From an uncultured Candidatus Saccharibacteria bacterium (lineage in GTDB: Bacteria; Patescibacteriota; Minisyncoccia; Phycocordibacterales; WO2-35-19), in contig CAYTTP010000003.1 of assembly GCA_964440955.1 (NCBI GenBank), positions 1-56,332 on the forward strand: DNA of 56,332 nucleotides, written 5' to 3'. Numbering within the stretch: the first letter of the stretch is position 1; each line of letters starts with the position of its first letter. Under the pieces are notes generated by a model that did not search any database, had not been told where the DNA came from, and was given only the letters and a program-made list of their open reading frames with translations. The position numbers and the translations under genes are program-made. Below, in pieces: positions 18,077 to 28,130 of this stretch.

Positions 18077-18365
18077 CAATATTGTTTCGCAATATTGTTC
18101 GACCGAGCACGCAAACTGCTTTGCGTGCGTGTAGGAAGTCGAAAGCCGGAGCCATGTTGAGCGAAGCGAAACAGGCGAGGCGGGGTCGCAAGATTTTGCT
18201 AAGCAAAATACTTGTGACCGACTCCTACCGGGCGGACAAGCGTGAAGAAAATCTAAACTGCTTTAGATTTTTAGCTTGTCCGAGACGGAGCCATGTTTTT
18301 GTAGCAACAAAAACAGGCGAGTCAGGATCGTGGAAATTTTTGAGCGACGGCGATAAAATTATCCA
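18077..18365 (+). repeat. two tandem tRNA-associated repeat units (Lys locus) separated by a 19-bp copy of the tRNA-Lys 3' end
   Basis: Unit X 18077-18219 ends ...ggcggggtcgcaag-attttgc-taa-gcaaaat-acttgtgacc. Then gactcctaccgggcggaca at 18220-18238 is identical to tRNA positions 18058-18076. Unit Y starts with the 42-mer shared with 1403-1444. Both units contain caaaCTGCtttg-type hairpins. Confidence 0.65.
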
Positions 18366-18449
18366 TGATGACAATATTGCGAAGTGGTGATGATTTACGA
18401 AACTTAATATAAAACGAAGGGCACTCGATGTTCGGGTGCCCTTAGGAAT

Positions 18450-19046
18450 TCATCTGGTCTTGTTCAGCACGTCTTTTATGTCGAAGACGGGGAGCCTATG
18501 CTTTATTCGAAGCCATCTTCTCTGCGTGATCCAACTACCGTCGATCATCACGAATGACTCGTATTTCAATGAGAAGTTGGCTAGCACAAACCCGTCCGAG
18601 TCTTCGATGCCGAGCGCCTCAATAACTGCTCGGGCAATCACGATCGCTTGATCGCAAAACTCTTCGCTGTCAGTGAGATTGAAGGTCAGCGTGAATTTCC
18701 CATCGATCCACGACTTATCCTTTGGTGGGTCGACACGGACTCCGTATTGACGGGCAGCATTGGGGCCATCCGTCAATTTTTTAAAAGCAGATTTGAGACG
18801 TTCGACGATCGCTTCTGTCGCTGTGTCGACGTTGTGGCTCTGCTTTATGTGAAGGACCATCACTCCACGTCTTTGATCTTCTTGGTCAGAGTATGCAGAG
18901 AATGCCGACATCCCGTGCACATCATGTCGTCGATGCTGTGAAAGGCACTTCGACACTTTTCTATCGAAGTCCCCATTCTCGGTAATAGATGTGCGAAGAC
19001 CTATACTGCAATCCCACGTAATAGTAGTCTTATTCCATGTATTCAC
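18450..19046 (-). CDS. hypothetical protein
   Basis: 198-aa ORF with AAGGAGA ribosome-binding site; roughly 50% GC versus the AT-rich surroundings; embedded in the tRNA cluster. Confidence 0.4.
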   Translation of the reverse strand: MNTWNKTTITWDCSIGLRTSITENGDFDRKVSKCLSQHRRHDVHGMSAFSAYSDQEDQRRGVMVLHIKQSHNVDTATEAIVERLKSAFKKLTDGPNAARQYGVRVDPPKDKSWIDGKFTLTFNLTDSEEFCDQAIVIARAVIEALGIEDSDGFVLANFSLKYESFVMIDGSWITQRRWLRIKHRLPVFDIKDVLNKTR

Positions 19047-19185
19047 GTCCTCTCCTTGTTGTTCATTAAACCTAAGTTTCTAGGGGCTGTATTATCCCCC
19101 AGACATTCAGAGTAATCTGTTTTTAATACTAATGATAAATTTTTAGAAAGCAAATACTTTGAAGCTCCTTTACTAAGGAGTAAAG

Positions 19186-19273
19186 TGGTGCTCGGGGTGA
19201 GACTCGAACTCACACGTCCTGTAACGGACAAGGGATTTTAAGTCCCTCGTGTCTACCATTCCACCACCCGAGC
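19186..19273 (-). tRNA. tRNA-Leu (anticodon TAA), CCA encoded
   Basis: Reverse complement: acceptor gctcggg/cccgagc, anticodon arm aggga-cttaaaa-tccct, long variable arm, T-arm gtgag-ttcgagt-ctcac, ACCA 3' end. Confidence 0.8.
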
Positions 19274-19359
19274 TTTATAAAAAATTTCTATCCGCCTTCG
19301 CTAAAGCTACGGCGGGACGCTGAAATTTTATAGTCACTTCCTTTCTTAAAATTTCGCGG

Positions 19360-19432
19360 AGGCCTGGGAGGGATTCGCACCCTCGTATAGCGGTTTTGCA
19401 GACCGCCGTGTTAGCTTCTTCACCACCAGGCC
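19360..19432 (-). tRNA. tRNA-Cys (anticodon GCA)
   Basis: Reverse complement: acceptor ggcctgg/ccaggcc, anticodon arm gcggt-ctgcaaa-accgc, T-arm gaggg-tgcgaat-ccctc, discriminator U73 (cysteine identity). Confidence 0.7.
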
Positions 19433-19509
19433 ATTTATCACTTGCTTGTCCCGCCGAAGCCATTTTGTGTTGGTGGCGAAGGGGGAGCGACTAGGTCACT
19501 TTCGTGATT

Positions 19510-19845
19510 TTAGCCTTTTTGGAGCAATTCATCAATTCTTTGCCTGTTGTGTTCGCCGTGATCAACTTCAAAATTGATATGTGGTACGAAACCAAGTGAG
19601 CTGTTCTCCATTACAAACTTTCTAAAATCACGATTTTTGCGCTTAGCAAAAAGCAAAACATTGGGCTCTTCACTTTCTGGTAGAGCGGTGAAGTATACGA
19701 GCGCGTGTTTACCTTTGTCGTATACTTCTGTCCGGGTCACGGTCATGAGAGAGTTTCTGTTTGACTCTACAGCAAAATATCGGGCGGCTAGCTCGGTAAG
19801 TAGAGAAGCAAGTTTTTCATCCTTGTGTTGCTTTTCGTTTTTCAT
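19510..19845 (-). CDS. rbfA: ribosome-binding factor A
   Basis: SLMTVTRTEVYDKGKHALVYFTAL matches the RbfA core; located directly downstream of infB. Confidence 0.8.
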   Translation of the reverse strand: MKNEKQHKDEKLASLLTELAARYFAVESNRNSLMTVTRTEVYDKGKHALVYFTALPESEEPNVLLFAKRKNRDFRKFVMENSSLGFVPHINFEVDHGEHNRQRIDELLQKG

Positions 19846-21324
19846 TTAGGCTTTGACCATTCTTACTGCTTCGATTCGGTCACCGGGGACGAGCTCTATT
19901 TTTGATTCGATCATGAGCCCACACTCGTCACCCTCTTTGGCTCGTCCGGATTTTATTTTTTGGACTTGAAGTTCGCGGATCATGCCATGGCCTATCACGG
20001 CATCGCGGCGAAGTATTTTGAGCTCCTCGCCTTGACCGATTTCACCCGACTCGACCCTCGCTCCAACCACTTGCTTGTCCTTATTTTTGCTAAAAACCTT
20101 GAGGATCTTGCCTGAACCAGTGATACTCTCAATCATCTCAATTGGAGTCGCTTCCTTCATTTTTTCATGGACGTATTCTACAAGCTCGTAGATTATCTTG
20201 AATATTTTGACCTCAACTTTGTCGCGCAAAGCCAGAGTTTCGGCGTTTTTGTCGACAATGACACTAAAGCCAATGACCGGACTCTTTTTTATATTGGCAG
20301 TTTTGATGTCGCTTTCGCTTATAGCTCCTACTCCGCGGCTCACTATTTTGGCAAATATTTTTTCATTACCAAGCTTTTTAAATTCATGTTCGATCGCGTC
20401 TAGCGAACCAAAGGTGTCAGCCTTTATGACAATAGGGAAAGCGATGCCGTTTTCGTTTGTATCGATTGTTTTTGATTCATTTATTTTGTCGTTTATTTGG
20501 GAATATTCGAGGGCTTCATCTTTGGTTTTGAAAGCTTGAAACTGGCCGCCCACCTTTGGTGTCCCACTCCAACCGACGATTTTGACAGGGCTTGAAAATG
20601 TAGCTGATTCGATCGCTACACCTGCGCTATTTTCGATATTTCTCACTGACACATAAGCTCCGGGGGCACCCAAAAATAATCCAGATCGGATACTACCGTC
20701 TTTAATGACCAAGGTTGCGCGCACTCCCTGCTTTGGGTTCAAGTCGCATTCAACAACAAAACCACTACCTAAAGTGTCACTTTCACCTACAAGTTCTTCA
20801 AGGTCGGCCTGCAGAGTGATGAGTTCCAAAAGTTCGCTTACACCTTCACCGGTCTTGCTTGATATTGGGGCGCAAGGCACTGTCCCGCCCCAACCTTCAA
20901 CAAAGACCTCTCTTTCTGCAAGATCTTGCTTTACTTTGTCGATATTGGCTCCGGGTTTGTCTATTTTACTTATTGCCACAATGAAAGGGAGAGAATTTTT
21001 TTTGATATAGTTTAATGCTTCGACGGTCTGTGGTTTGACACCGTCTTCAGCGGAAACAATGAGGATGGCGATGTCGGCTACTCTAGAACCGCGTTCGCGA
21101 ATAGCATAAAAAGCTTCATGGCCCGGTGTATCCAAAAAAGTGATCGTCTTTTTTTCTCCTGCTATTTCAGTAGTGGCTTCATAAGCGGAGACGTGTTGGG
21201 TTATCCCACCACTTTCTTTGTCGGTAGTATTTTCTTTTCGTATATAGTCGAGCAGAGTTGATTTGCCATGGTCAATATGGCCCATCACCACGACGACTGG
21301 CGGTCGGGCTGTTTTTTTATTCAT
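19846..21324 (-). CDS. infB: translation initiation factor IF-2 (short form lacking the N-terminal extension)
   Basis: GTPase motifs VVMGHIDHGKSTLLD, LDTPGHEAF, plus C-terminal beta-barrel domains. Confidence 0.9.
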   Translation of the reverse strand: MNKKTARPPVVVVMGHIDHGKSTLLDYIRKENTTDKESGGITQHVSAYEATTEIAGEKKTITFLDTPGHEAFYAIRERGSRVADIAILIVSAEDGVKPQTVEALNYIKKNSLPFIVAISKIDKPGANIDKVKQDLAEREVFVEGWGGTVPCAPISSKTGEGVSELLELITLQADLEELVGESDTLGSGFVVECDLNPKQGVRATLVIKDGSIRSGLFLGAPGAYVSVRNIENSAGVAIESATFSSPVKIVGWSGTPKVGGQFQAFKTKDEALEYSQINDKINESKTIDTNENGIAFPIVIKADTFGSLDAIEHEFKKLGNEKIFAKIVSRGVGAISESDIKTANIKKSPVIGFSVIVDKNAETLALRDKVEVKIFKIIYELVEYVHEKMKEATPIEMIESITGSGKILKVFSKNKDKQVVGARVESGEIGQGEELKILRRDAVIGHGMIRELQVQKIKSGRAKEGDECGLMIESKIELVPGDRIEAVRMVKA

Positions 21325-21862
21325 TTATTTTTTGTCTGTCTTGAGCTTCTTGTCCTTCAAATCCTTCATGACTACTTTGAGGTTTTCGAACGGATCGGAG
21401 AGCTTTTTCTATTGTTTGCTCCTCTTCTTCACCGAGCTCGTACTCGCTTTTCCATGAAGTGAGTGGTTTAGCGAATACGTTTGTTCTCTCGCGTGTGTGC
21501 ATGCTTGTTATCACGACACCATCGCCTTTTTCGTCCGCAAATACCGATACAAAACTCTGGTTGCCACCCACCCCCTCACCCTGGAATGGATTGTAGCGAA
21601 GCGTTTTTGCGCTCATTAGTTTTTGCTGTATTCTCCGGTCGAGATCTTTCATGTAATCTATTGCTTCGTCCCTAAACTTGAGCAGGTCATGAACAGTTGC
21701 ACCATGTCTTTGAAGCAGTGACTCTACGTCTGGCATTTTTGCCGAAGCGAAAATTTTGCTGACTCTTCGATGCATCCAAATCGCTAAAGCTAGGGCGACT
21801 AGGGAAGTCGTTAGGCAAAGAGCAATGGCGATATGTATGCCGTATACATATATGAAAGACAT
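21317..21862 (-). CDS. DUF4446-family protein
   Basis: N-terminal transmembrane helix; TLRYNPFQGEGVGGNQSFVSVFADEKGDGVVITSMHTRERTNVFAKP matches the DUF4446 core. Confidence 0.5.
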   Translation of the reverse strand: MSFIYVYGIHIAIALCLTTSLVALALAIWMHRRVSKIFASAKMPDVESLLQRHGATVHDLLKFRDEAIDYMKDLDRRIQQKLMSAKTLRYNPFQGEGVGGNQSFVSVFADEKGDGVVITSMHTRERTNVFAKPLTSWKSEYELGEEEEQTIEKALRSVRKPQSSHEGFEGQEAQDRQKINE

Positions 21863-21928
21863 GCGCGAAATTGTACACTATTTTTATATAAAAAGGAATA
21901 TTTTGGCTGTTATGATAGTATTTGTCTC

Positions 21929-23134
21929 ATGAATTGGTTTAAAAAGAATAAAAGGATATTTCTTGACCATGCTTCGACGACCCCAGTTGAACCAGCGGTT
22001 TTGAAACAAATGAGTACTATCCAAAAAGATTTTTGGGCAAACCCATCCTCTATACATGACGATGGTTTGAAGGCAAAAGAGCTTCTTCGTGAGGCAAGGT
22101 CTAGTATTGCACTTTCATTGGGGGTGCAGGCGTCAGAAGTGTACTTTACTTCGGGTGGGACCGAGGCTTTGAACATAGCTATTTTGGGTACGGCTTTGGC
22201 TTATAGGAGAGTTTATGATAAAGAGCCACACATCATCACTTCAACTATCGAGCATCCGGCTGTCCTCGAACCGATAAAGCATTTGGCACGAAATGGTCTT
22301 GCTAAGATTTCCTACATTCAACCAAATGAGGAGGGGATAGTTTCCCCCGAATCTATCAAAAAAGAACTTTGCGACGAAACGGCACTTGTCGTTATTCAAC
22401 ACGCGAACAATGAGATAGGGGTCATTCAGCCAGTCCAAACTATTGGGCGAATGATCGAACAATTTAGAGGAGAAAAAAAGGGACACCATTCAAAATTTTC
22501 CCACCAGCCTCATCCATATTTTTTGGTCGATGCAAGTCAGAGTATTTTGTATGAAAATGTTTCGCCAAACCGTTTGCATGCCGACATCATAGTTTTTGAT
22601 GGTATAAAAATGTATGGTCCGCGTGGAGTGGGAGCTATGGTCGCAAGACGTTTTTCCCTTATTGACCCCATCATCTTTGGTGGTGGTCAAGAGGAAGGGC
22701 TTCGCCCTGGTACCGAAAATGTGGCTTCGGCTTGCGGGCTTGCCGAAGCTCTGAAAATCGCTGATAAAATAAGAAAGTCCGAATCAGAAAGGTTGGCAAA
22801 AATCCGAGACTATTTTTTTGGTCGTATAGAAAAAGAATTTCCAAAAATTTCTATAAACGGCTCAAAGGAGTTTCGTTTGCCAAACAATATAAATATTTGC
22901 ATCAAGGATGAGAAGGTTGACTCTGAGTTTTTGGTTATCAAGCTCGACACTTTGGGTTTTTCTGCTTCTTCTGCTTCCGCCTGCCACACTCTTTCTTTGG
23001 AAAATTCTTCGTATGTTGTTTCGGCGCTCGGTGACCTTGATTGTGCTTCTCGCTCGCTCCGCTTCACTCTTGGTCGCGATACCAAAAGGCAGGACATAGA
23101 CAGGTTGATCGATGCTCTCAAAAAGATCTTATAA
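21929..23134 (+). CDS. cysteine desulfurase (class V aminotransferase, IscS/NifS-like)
   Basis: Start taken at MNWFKK; FLDHASTTPVEP...FTSGGTEALNIAI and the PLP-lysine region. Confidence 0.75.
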   Translation: MNWFKKNKRIFLDHASTTPVEPAVLKQMSTIQKDFWANPSSIHDDGLKAKELLREARSSIALSLGVQASEVYFTSGGTEALNIAILGTALAYRRVYDKEPHIITSTIEHPAVLEPIKHLARNGLAKISYIQPNEEGIVSPESIKKELCDETALVVIQHANNEIGVIQPVQTIGRMIEQFRGEKKGHHSKFSHQPHPYFLVDASQSILYENVSPNRLHADIIVFDGIKMYGPRGVGAMVARRFSLIDPIIFGGGQEEGLRPGTENVASACGLAEALKIADKIRKSESERLAKIRDYFFGRIEKEFPKISINGSKEFRLPNNINICIKDEKVDSEFLVIKLDTLGFSASSASACHTLSLENSSYVVSALGDLDCASRSLRFTLGRDTKRQDIDRLIDALKKIL

Positions 23135-23242
23135 TTTTTATCCCCAAATTGTTTTTAAATTTTATTTTTGGTATCATTATTTTAAATGTTTTCGTTTTTT
23201 AAAGTTTTCAATATTTAATTTTCAATCTTCAATTTTAAAAAC

Positions 23243-24067
23243 ATGGAAGATCTAACCAAACATCAACTTATTCTCCTCACCATCTTGATAACCTTCGTGA
23301 CTTCGATCGCGACGGGTATTATTACCTTTACTCTTTTGTCCGAAGCTCCAGTCGAGGTGACTCAAACCATCAACCGAGTGGTAGAAAAGACGATTGAACA
23401 GGTGGTGCCAGTTGAAACAGGTAAGACCGAAACAAAAGTCACCACTGTTGTCGTGAGTGAGGAGGATAGGGTACTTGAGTCAATATCCAAAAATGAAAAA
23501 TCTATCGTCCGTCTCAAAACGCGCGGCAATGACGGTACTGAAGTTTTTTCGGGTCTTGGTATTGTGGTGAATACAAGTGGTGTAGTCGTATCTGACTTAA
23601 GAAGTTATAATCCAGGTTTCGCTTATACTATTATATTGAGCAACGGCAAAACTTACTCATCTCAAAAAGTTTTTGCCGATACTGAAAACGGTCTTGTCTT
23701 TATTACACCTAGTATTCAAAAAAATGACCCTGGTCCGCACTCGTTTTCACCGGCCTCGTTTGGCGACTCTTCGAAGCTCAATATTGGTCAAACCGTTATC
23801 GCTGTCTCTGGTCGCGAGTCAAATGCGGTATCAATCGGGCGTATCCGCCAGCTTATAAAGTCGGCCGATGGCAAAAAAATTCTCGATATATTCTCTGATA
23901 TTGCGCTCGGTCGTAGTACCCCAGGTAGCCCTATCCTCAATCTTTCGGGTGAAATAGTCGGTATGGAAAAGGTGGTCAGTGAAGGCGATGATACTTACTC
24001 TTACACCCCAATTCAGGACATCACAGCTACCTTCAAAAATGCCCTTGCCGAGCTCGCCAAAAACTAA
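23243..24067 (+). CDS. membrane-anchored trypsin-like serine protease (S1C-like, no PDZ domain)
   Basis: N-terminal transmembrane helix; chymotrypsin-fold signatures (GSGFVV-like GLGIVVNTSG, GRSTPGSPILN in place of GNSGGPL). Confidence 0.45.
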   Translation: MEDLTKHQLILLTILITFVTSIATGIITFTLLSEAPVEVTQTINRVVEKTIEQVVPVETGKTETKVTTVVVSEEDRVLESISKNEKSIVRLKTRGNDGTEVFSGLGIVVNTSGVVVSDLRSYNPGFAYTIILSNGKTYSSQKVFADTENGLVFITPSIQKNDPGPHSFSPASFGDSSKLNIGQTVIAVSGRESNAVSIGRIRQLIKSADGKKILDIFSDIALGRSTPGSPILNLSGEIVGMEKVVSEGDDTYSYTPIQDITATFKNALAELAKN

Positions 24068-24117
24068 GACCAAACTCAAGTGGCTTGACCTCTGATTTTA
24101 TGCTATAATGGCTATAA

Positions 24118-26832
24118 ATGACGCCATTTAACCATTTTACTACCAAAGCCAAAGAAGCCATAAAACGTGCTCACGAGCTCGTTATTGAACGAGGCCAAAA
24201 CCACGTCGGACCACTCCAGCTTTTGACTGCTCTCATCTTGCAGGAGGAAAGTATGGTTGCCTCTATTTTGGATCGCCTGGAGGTTGATACCATCCTTCTC
24301 ACCGATTCTCTTTTTGATGCGATGGAGGGCGCGATTGTTGGCAATACTTCTACTCCTTCATATCAAATTTATTTGACGCCAGAGCTTGCGCATATTATCG
24401 AGCATTCTTCTAAGGTGGCTTCTTCGATGAACGATGAATTTGTCTCGACCGAGCACCTCTTTATTGCTTGTCTAGAAGTGCCAAGTCAGGCGCGCGACAT
24501 TCTTTCCAAATTCAAAATCGAAAAAGACAAAGTGATGTTTTTGATCCAAGAAATAAAAGAAGGGAGAGTCAACGAACCAAAACAGCCGCAAAAAAACAAA
24601 ACTCTGGTCAAATATACTCGCTCGCTCACCAAGCTTGCCAAAGAAAACAAGCTTGACCCGGTGATTGGTCGCGATGAGGAAATTTCCCGAATCATTCAAA
24701 TACTTTCACGTAGGACAAAAAACAATCCAATCCTCATCGGTGAGGCTGGGGTAGGCAAAACTGCTATCGCTGAAGGTCTTGCTATGCGCATGGCAAACGG
24801 TAATGTGCCTGAATCATTGAAGGACAAAGAAATAGTTTCCCTAGATTTGGGGTTGCTTGTCGCGGGTACCAAGTTTCGTGGTGAGTTTGAAGAACGTCTA
24901 AAAAATATAATCAAAGACATTGAAAAGTCAGAGGGCAAGATTATTTTGTTTATCGATGAAATCCACACTATCGTTGGTGCCGGTAGTGCTGAAGGTTCGC
25001 TCGATGCCTCCAATATGCTGAAGCCTCCACTTGCAAGAGGTGAGCTAAGGGCGATTGGCGCGACCACTATCAAGGAATATCAAAAACATATCGAAAAGGA
25101 CCCGGCCCTTACTCGTCGCTTTCAACCGGTGTATGTTTCCGAACCTTCAGTTGATGATGCGATCACTATTTTGCGTGGACTCAAAGAAAAGTACGAGCTC
25201 TATCACGGTGTCCATATAACTGATGATGCTATCAAGTCGGCTGTCAATCTTTCTTCTCGATATATTGCTGACAGGTTTTTGCCGGACAAAGCAGTTGACC
25301 TCATCGACGAAGCTGCTTCTCACCTCAAAATATCGTTGGAAAATATGCCACCTATTTTGCAAGAAACTAATTCTAAAATAGTAAAGCTTGAAATTGAGCG
25401 CGAAGCTTTGAAAAAAGAAGCAGAAAACAAAAATAGCAAAGCCAAAGCCCGCCTCCAAGAAATTGAAAAAGAGGTAGCTGATCTTAAGGAAAAGACCGGA
25501 GAGATAGATTTGAAATGGAAAAACGAAAAGGAGACTGTTGGTGAAATAAAGCGAATCAAAAAAGAGCTTGAATCTGCTCGCCTTGAAGCTGAGGCTGCTG
25601 AAGCACGGGTGGATTTGGGTCGAGCCGCTGAAGTACGCTACGGTAAGATACCAAGCTTAGAAAAGGACCTCGATACCAACGTCAAAAAACTCAAAAAACT
25701 CCAAAGCTCTCGTCGTATTTTGAAAGAGGAAATAACTGAAAATGATATTGCCAATATTGTAGCCAAATGGACGGGCATCCCAGTTTCTAGAATGCTTGAA
25801 GAAGAGGCTGAAAAACTTTCTCGAATGGAAGAAAATTTGAAAAAGAGAATCGTCGGTCAAGATGAAGCCGTCCAAAAAATTTCTGACACGATCAAACGCT
25901 CTCGTGCTGGTATTTCTGATCCAAATCGTCCGATCGGCTCCTTCATCTTTTTGGGTCCAACCGGAGTGGGAAAGACAGAGCTTACCAAAGCACTTGCCGA
26001 ATTTATGTTCAACGACGAGAAGGCGCTCATCCGTGTTGATATGTCCGAATTTATGGAAAAACACTCGGTTTCCAAGCTTATTGGCGCACCTCCTGGCTAT
26101 GTTGGTTTTGACGAAGGGGGTGGTATCACAGAGATGGTGCGTCACCGGCCGTATTCGATAGTTTTGTTCGACGAAATCGAGAAGGCTCACCCTGAAGTGT
26201 TTAACGTGCTCCTTCAAGTGCTCGACAATGGCCGACTTACCGACTCAAAGGGTCGCACTGTCAACTTCAAAAACACGATCATTATTATGACTTCAAATAT
26301 TGGTGCTCAATATATCGATAAGATGGAAAGGATGGGCTTTGGTGAAAATAGGAGTGATGAAAAAAATTATAATGATGTTAAAGACAGGGTGCTTGAAGCA
26401 ACCAAAGACTATTTCCGTCCGGAGTTTTTGAACCGCATTGACGACATTATTGTCTTTGATGTTTTGCCGATTGAAGCGATTCGCGATATCGTCCGCATTC
26501 AAGTTGATTTGGTCAAGGAGCGATTGGCTCAAAAAGAAATTTCTCTCGAGCTTTCTTCTGAAGCTTATGAATATCTTGCGAAAGAAGGTTACAATCCACA
26601 GTATGGTGCTCGCCCACTCAAGCGTGTAATCCAAAATAAGATTTTAAACAAAGTTGCTTCTCTCATTATAAGCAAGGGGATCATGAAAGGTGGCACAGTT
26701 TCTATTTCTGTCAAAAAATCAACCAATGCTTCAGGACCTGATGAACTTGTCTTTGATATCAAAAAAGGCCGTCGGGGTTCAATCATCGAAGCCTCTCTTC
26801 TCGACGACACCCCAAAAGAAACCGTGGTGTAA
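24118..26832 (+). CDS. clpB: ATP-dependent chaperone ClpB
   Basis: Two AAA+ modules ([15 protein letters not shown]; [16 protein letters not shown]), long middle coiled-coil, 904 aa. Confidence 0.9.
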   Translation: MTPFNHFTTKAKEAIKRAHELVIERGQNHVGPLQLLTALILQEESMVASILDRLEVDTILLTDSLFDAMEGAIVGNTSTPSYQIYLTPELAHIIEHSSKVASSMNDEFVSTEHLFIACLEVPSQARDILSKFKIEKDKVMFLIQEIKEGRVNEPKQPQKNKTLVKYTRSLTKLAKENKLDPVIGRDEEISRIIQILSRRTKNNPILIGEAGVGKTAIAEGLAMRMANGNVPESLKDKEIVSLDLGLLVAGTKFRGEFEERLKNIIKDIEKSEGKIILFIDEIHTIVGAGSAEGSLDASNMLKPPLARGELRAIGATTIKEYQKHIEKDPALTRRFQPVYVSEPSVDDAITILRGLKEKYELYHGVHITDDAIKSAVNLSSRYIADRFLPDKAVDLIDEAASHLKISLENMPPILQETNSKIVKLEIEREALKKEAENKNSKAKARLQEIEKEVADLKEKTGEIDLKWKNEKETVGEIKRIKKELESARLEAEAAEARVDLGRAAEVRYGKIPSLEKDLDTNVKKLKKLQSSRRILKEEITENDIANIVAKWTGIPVSRMLEEEAEKLSRMEENLKKRIVGQDEAVQKISDTIKRSRAGISDPNRPIGSFIFLGPTGVGKTELTKALAEFMFNDEKALIRVDMSEFMEKHSVSKLIGAPPGYVGFDEGGGITEMVRHRPYSIVLFDEIEKAHPEVFNVLLQVLDNGRLTDSKGRTVNFKNTIIIMTSNIGAQYIDKMERMGFGENRSDEKNYNDVKDRVLEATKDYFRPEFLNRIDDIIVFDVLPIEAIRDIVRIQVDLVKERLAQKEISLELSSEAYEYLAKEGYNPQYGARPLKRVIQNKILNKVASLIISKGIMKGGTVSISVKKSTNASGPDELVFDIKKGRRGSIIEASLLDDTPKETVV

Positions 26833-26904
26833 AAATGGAAAGGCGTTCACTAAAAGTGAACGTCGATATAAAGTACTTATAATTCCCTAGAACACCACTT
26901 ATGA

Positions 26905-27090
26905 GCACGTGAGAGAAAGATGAACGAACATTGGTGGTGTCCTAAGCCCGAAAGTGGCGAGGGTAAGGCCGCTTGAGATCCAAGTCGGACTACCAGCATA
27001 CCCCCAAGATCTTCTGGTTTACTCTAAAGAGAGTATTCCGCTCCATCGTGTGACGATGAAGGCTGTTTTTCGACGTCTCTCACAGGTCCA
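26905..27090 (+). ncRNA. candidate retron non-coding RNA (msr-msd-like) upstream of the RT
   Basis: 8-bp inverted repeats gtgagaga (26909-26916) and tctctcac (27076-27083) bracket roughly 160 nt of GC-rich structured sequence containing the hairpins acaccac/gtggtgt and catcg-tgtga-cgatg. Matches the a1/a2 retron architecture; not verified. Confidence 0.3.
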
Positions 27091-27135
27091 AGCCGGACTG
27101 TTTTGATTGTAGCATGTTTTTATATATAAGTTTAG

Positions 27136-28056
27136 TTGTATAAATCAAATAAAATAGGTTATCCTCTGTTCGGAGGCCTTGTGGATAAACCTGCATTTGA
27201 AAGGTATTTTCTGAGAGATGTAAATCATCAGAGTGGTAGGGTGAAAAATCGAGAAATTTTTGCTCCAAACGATTCAATGCGTGAGGTGCAAGAGGGTATA
27301 GTGGCCAAACTTCGGTCTTTGGAGATTGAGATGCCGAGCGCGACTGGTGGTGTCAGGAATGGTTCGCCAGTCAATAACGTCCTCAAACATTGGTCACCTT
27401 ACAATAAGAGTGCGAGATACTTTTTTCTGCTTGATCTAGCATCTGCTTACAAGAATGTCCTTGTGAGCGATATGTTAGTTGAACTGAAGAGGGTGTGGCC
27501 ACATGATTGCGACGAGAAGTTTGTTCAGAGTGTTATGAATCACTGCTTGATACCGGGTGAGGGTTTGGCAACTGGAGGTAACGCCTCGCCAGATATTTTC
27601 AACCTATGTATGGAGATTTCGATTGATCGGCAAATACGCTCGTATGCCGAATACAACGATCTCACCTACACTCGTTATCTCGATGATCTGACTTTCTCAT
27701 CTCCTTTTCCGATAGGTAAGAGGAAGAGGAATACGATCATCAAGATTCTCACTGAAGCTGGTTGTGTCGTTAACCATCAAAAGTCTCAGGTGCTTGATAT
27801 CGAAAAGCATCATGTGGAAATAAATGGTATCGGCTTGCGTCGTAGCGGACACTTCTTCATGCCTAGTCGGGTCTTGGATGAGTTAAAAAACTTGCTCTAT
27901 CGGGCAACTAGAGGGGAGTCCATTTCCGATTCTCTCATTCAAGGCAAGATGGGCGGGTTCATCTATCTTAGGAGAAAAGGCTTGCTTGCTCTGACCGAGA
28001 GAGAACGTAATATCCTTCGACGGTACGAGCAATATCTGCCGTTGCGCCGGGGTTAA
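27136..28056 (+). CDS. reverse transcriptase, retron-type (RT domains 1-7 with YTRYLDD)
   Basis: RT motifs REIFAPNDSMREVQEGI, SATGGVRNGSPVNNVLKH (NAxxH-like), FLLDLASAYKNV, GLATGGNASPDIFN (QGxxxSP-like), YTRYLDDLTF (retron-like YTRYADD), VEINGIGL (VTG-like). The likelier start is GTG at 27181 after GGAGG; the ORF track begins at TTG 27136. Confidence 0.75.
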   Translation: MYKSNKIGYPLFGGLVDKPAFERYFLRDVNHQSGRVKNREIFAPNDSMREVQEGIVAKLRSLEIEMPSATGGVRNGSPVNNVLKHWSPYNKSARYFFLLDLASAYKNVLVSDMLVELKRVWPHDCDEKFVQSVMNHCLIPGEGLATGGNASPDIFNLCMEISIDRQIRSYAEYNDLTYTRYLDDLTFSSPFPIGKRKRNTIIKILTEAGCVVNHQKSQVLDIEKHHVEINGIGLRRSGHFFMPSRVLDELKNLLYRATRGESISDSLIQGKMGGFIYLRRKGLLALTERERNILRRYEQYLPLRRG

Positions 28057-28130
28057 ATCCTCGGCGCTCTGTTTTTAATAGTGTGTAAAAATTTTGAAAT
28101 ATCTGGTATTGTGTGCGGAGGAGGTGAACT

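Noticed and set aside
18019-18390. 123-aa ORF overlapping tRNA-Lys and the repeat units
   Set aside because: Lies entirely across a tRNA gene and repeat DNA, has no ribosome-binding site and its composition is driven by the repeats; treated as spurious.
19274-19500. Possible tmRNA (ssrA) next to tRNA-Leu
   Set aside because: No tag-peptide reading frame (…YALAA-like) or 5' GGGG…UUCGAC pairing was found. The tRNA-like element resolves cleanly as a complete tRNA-Cys(GCA) with U73, flanked by the UUCGCUAAAGCU hairpin.
26880-28056. Diversity-generating retroelement (DGR) interpretation of the RT locus
   Set aside because: RT motif 4 has ...ASP rather than the DGR-typical ...SQ. No template/variable repeat pair with adenine-specific mismatches was seen nearby. 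The small ORF is acidic rather than Avd-like basic.
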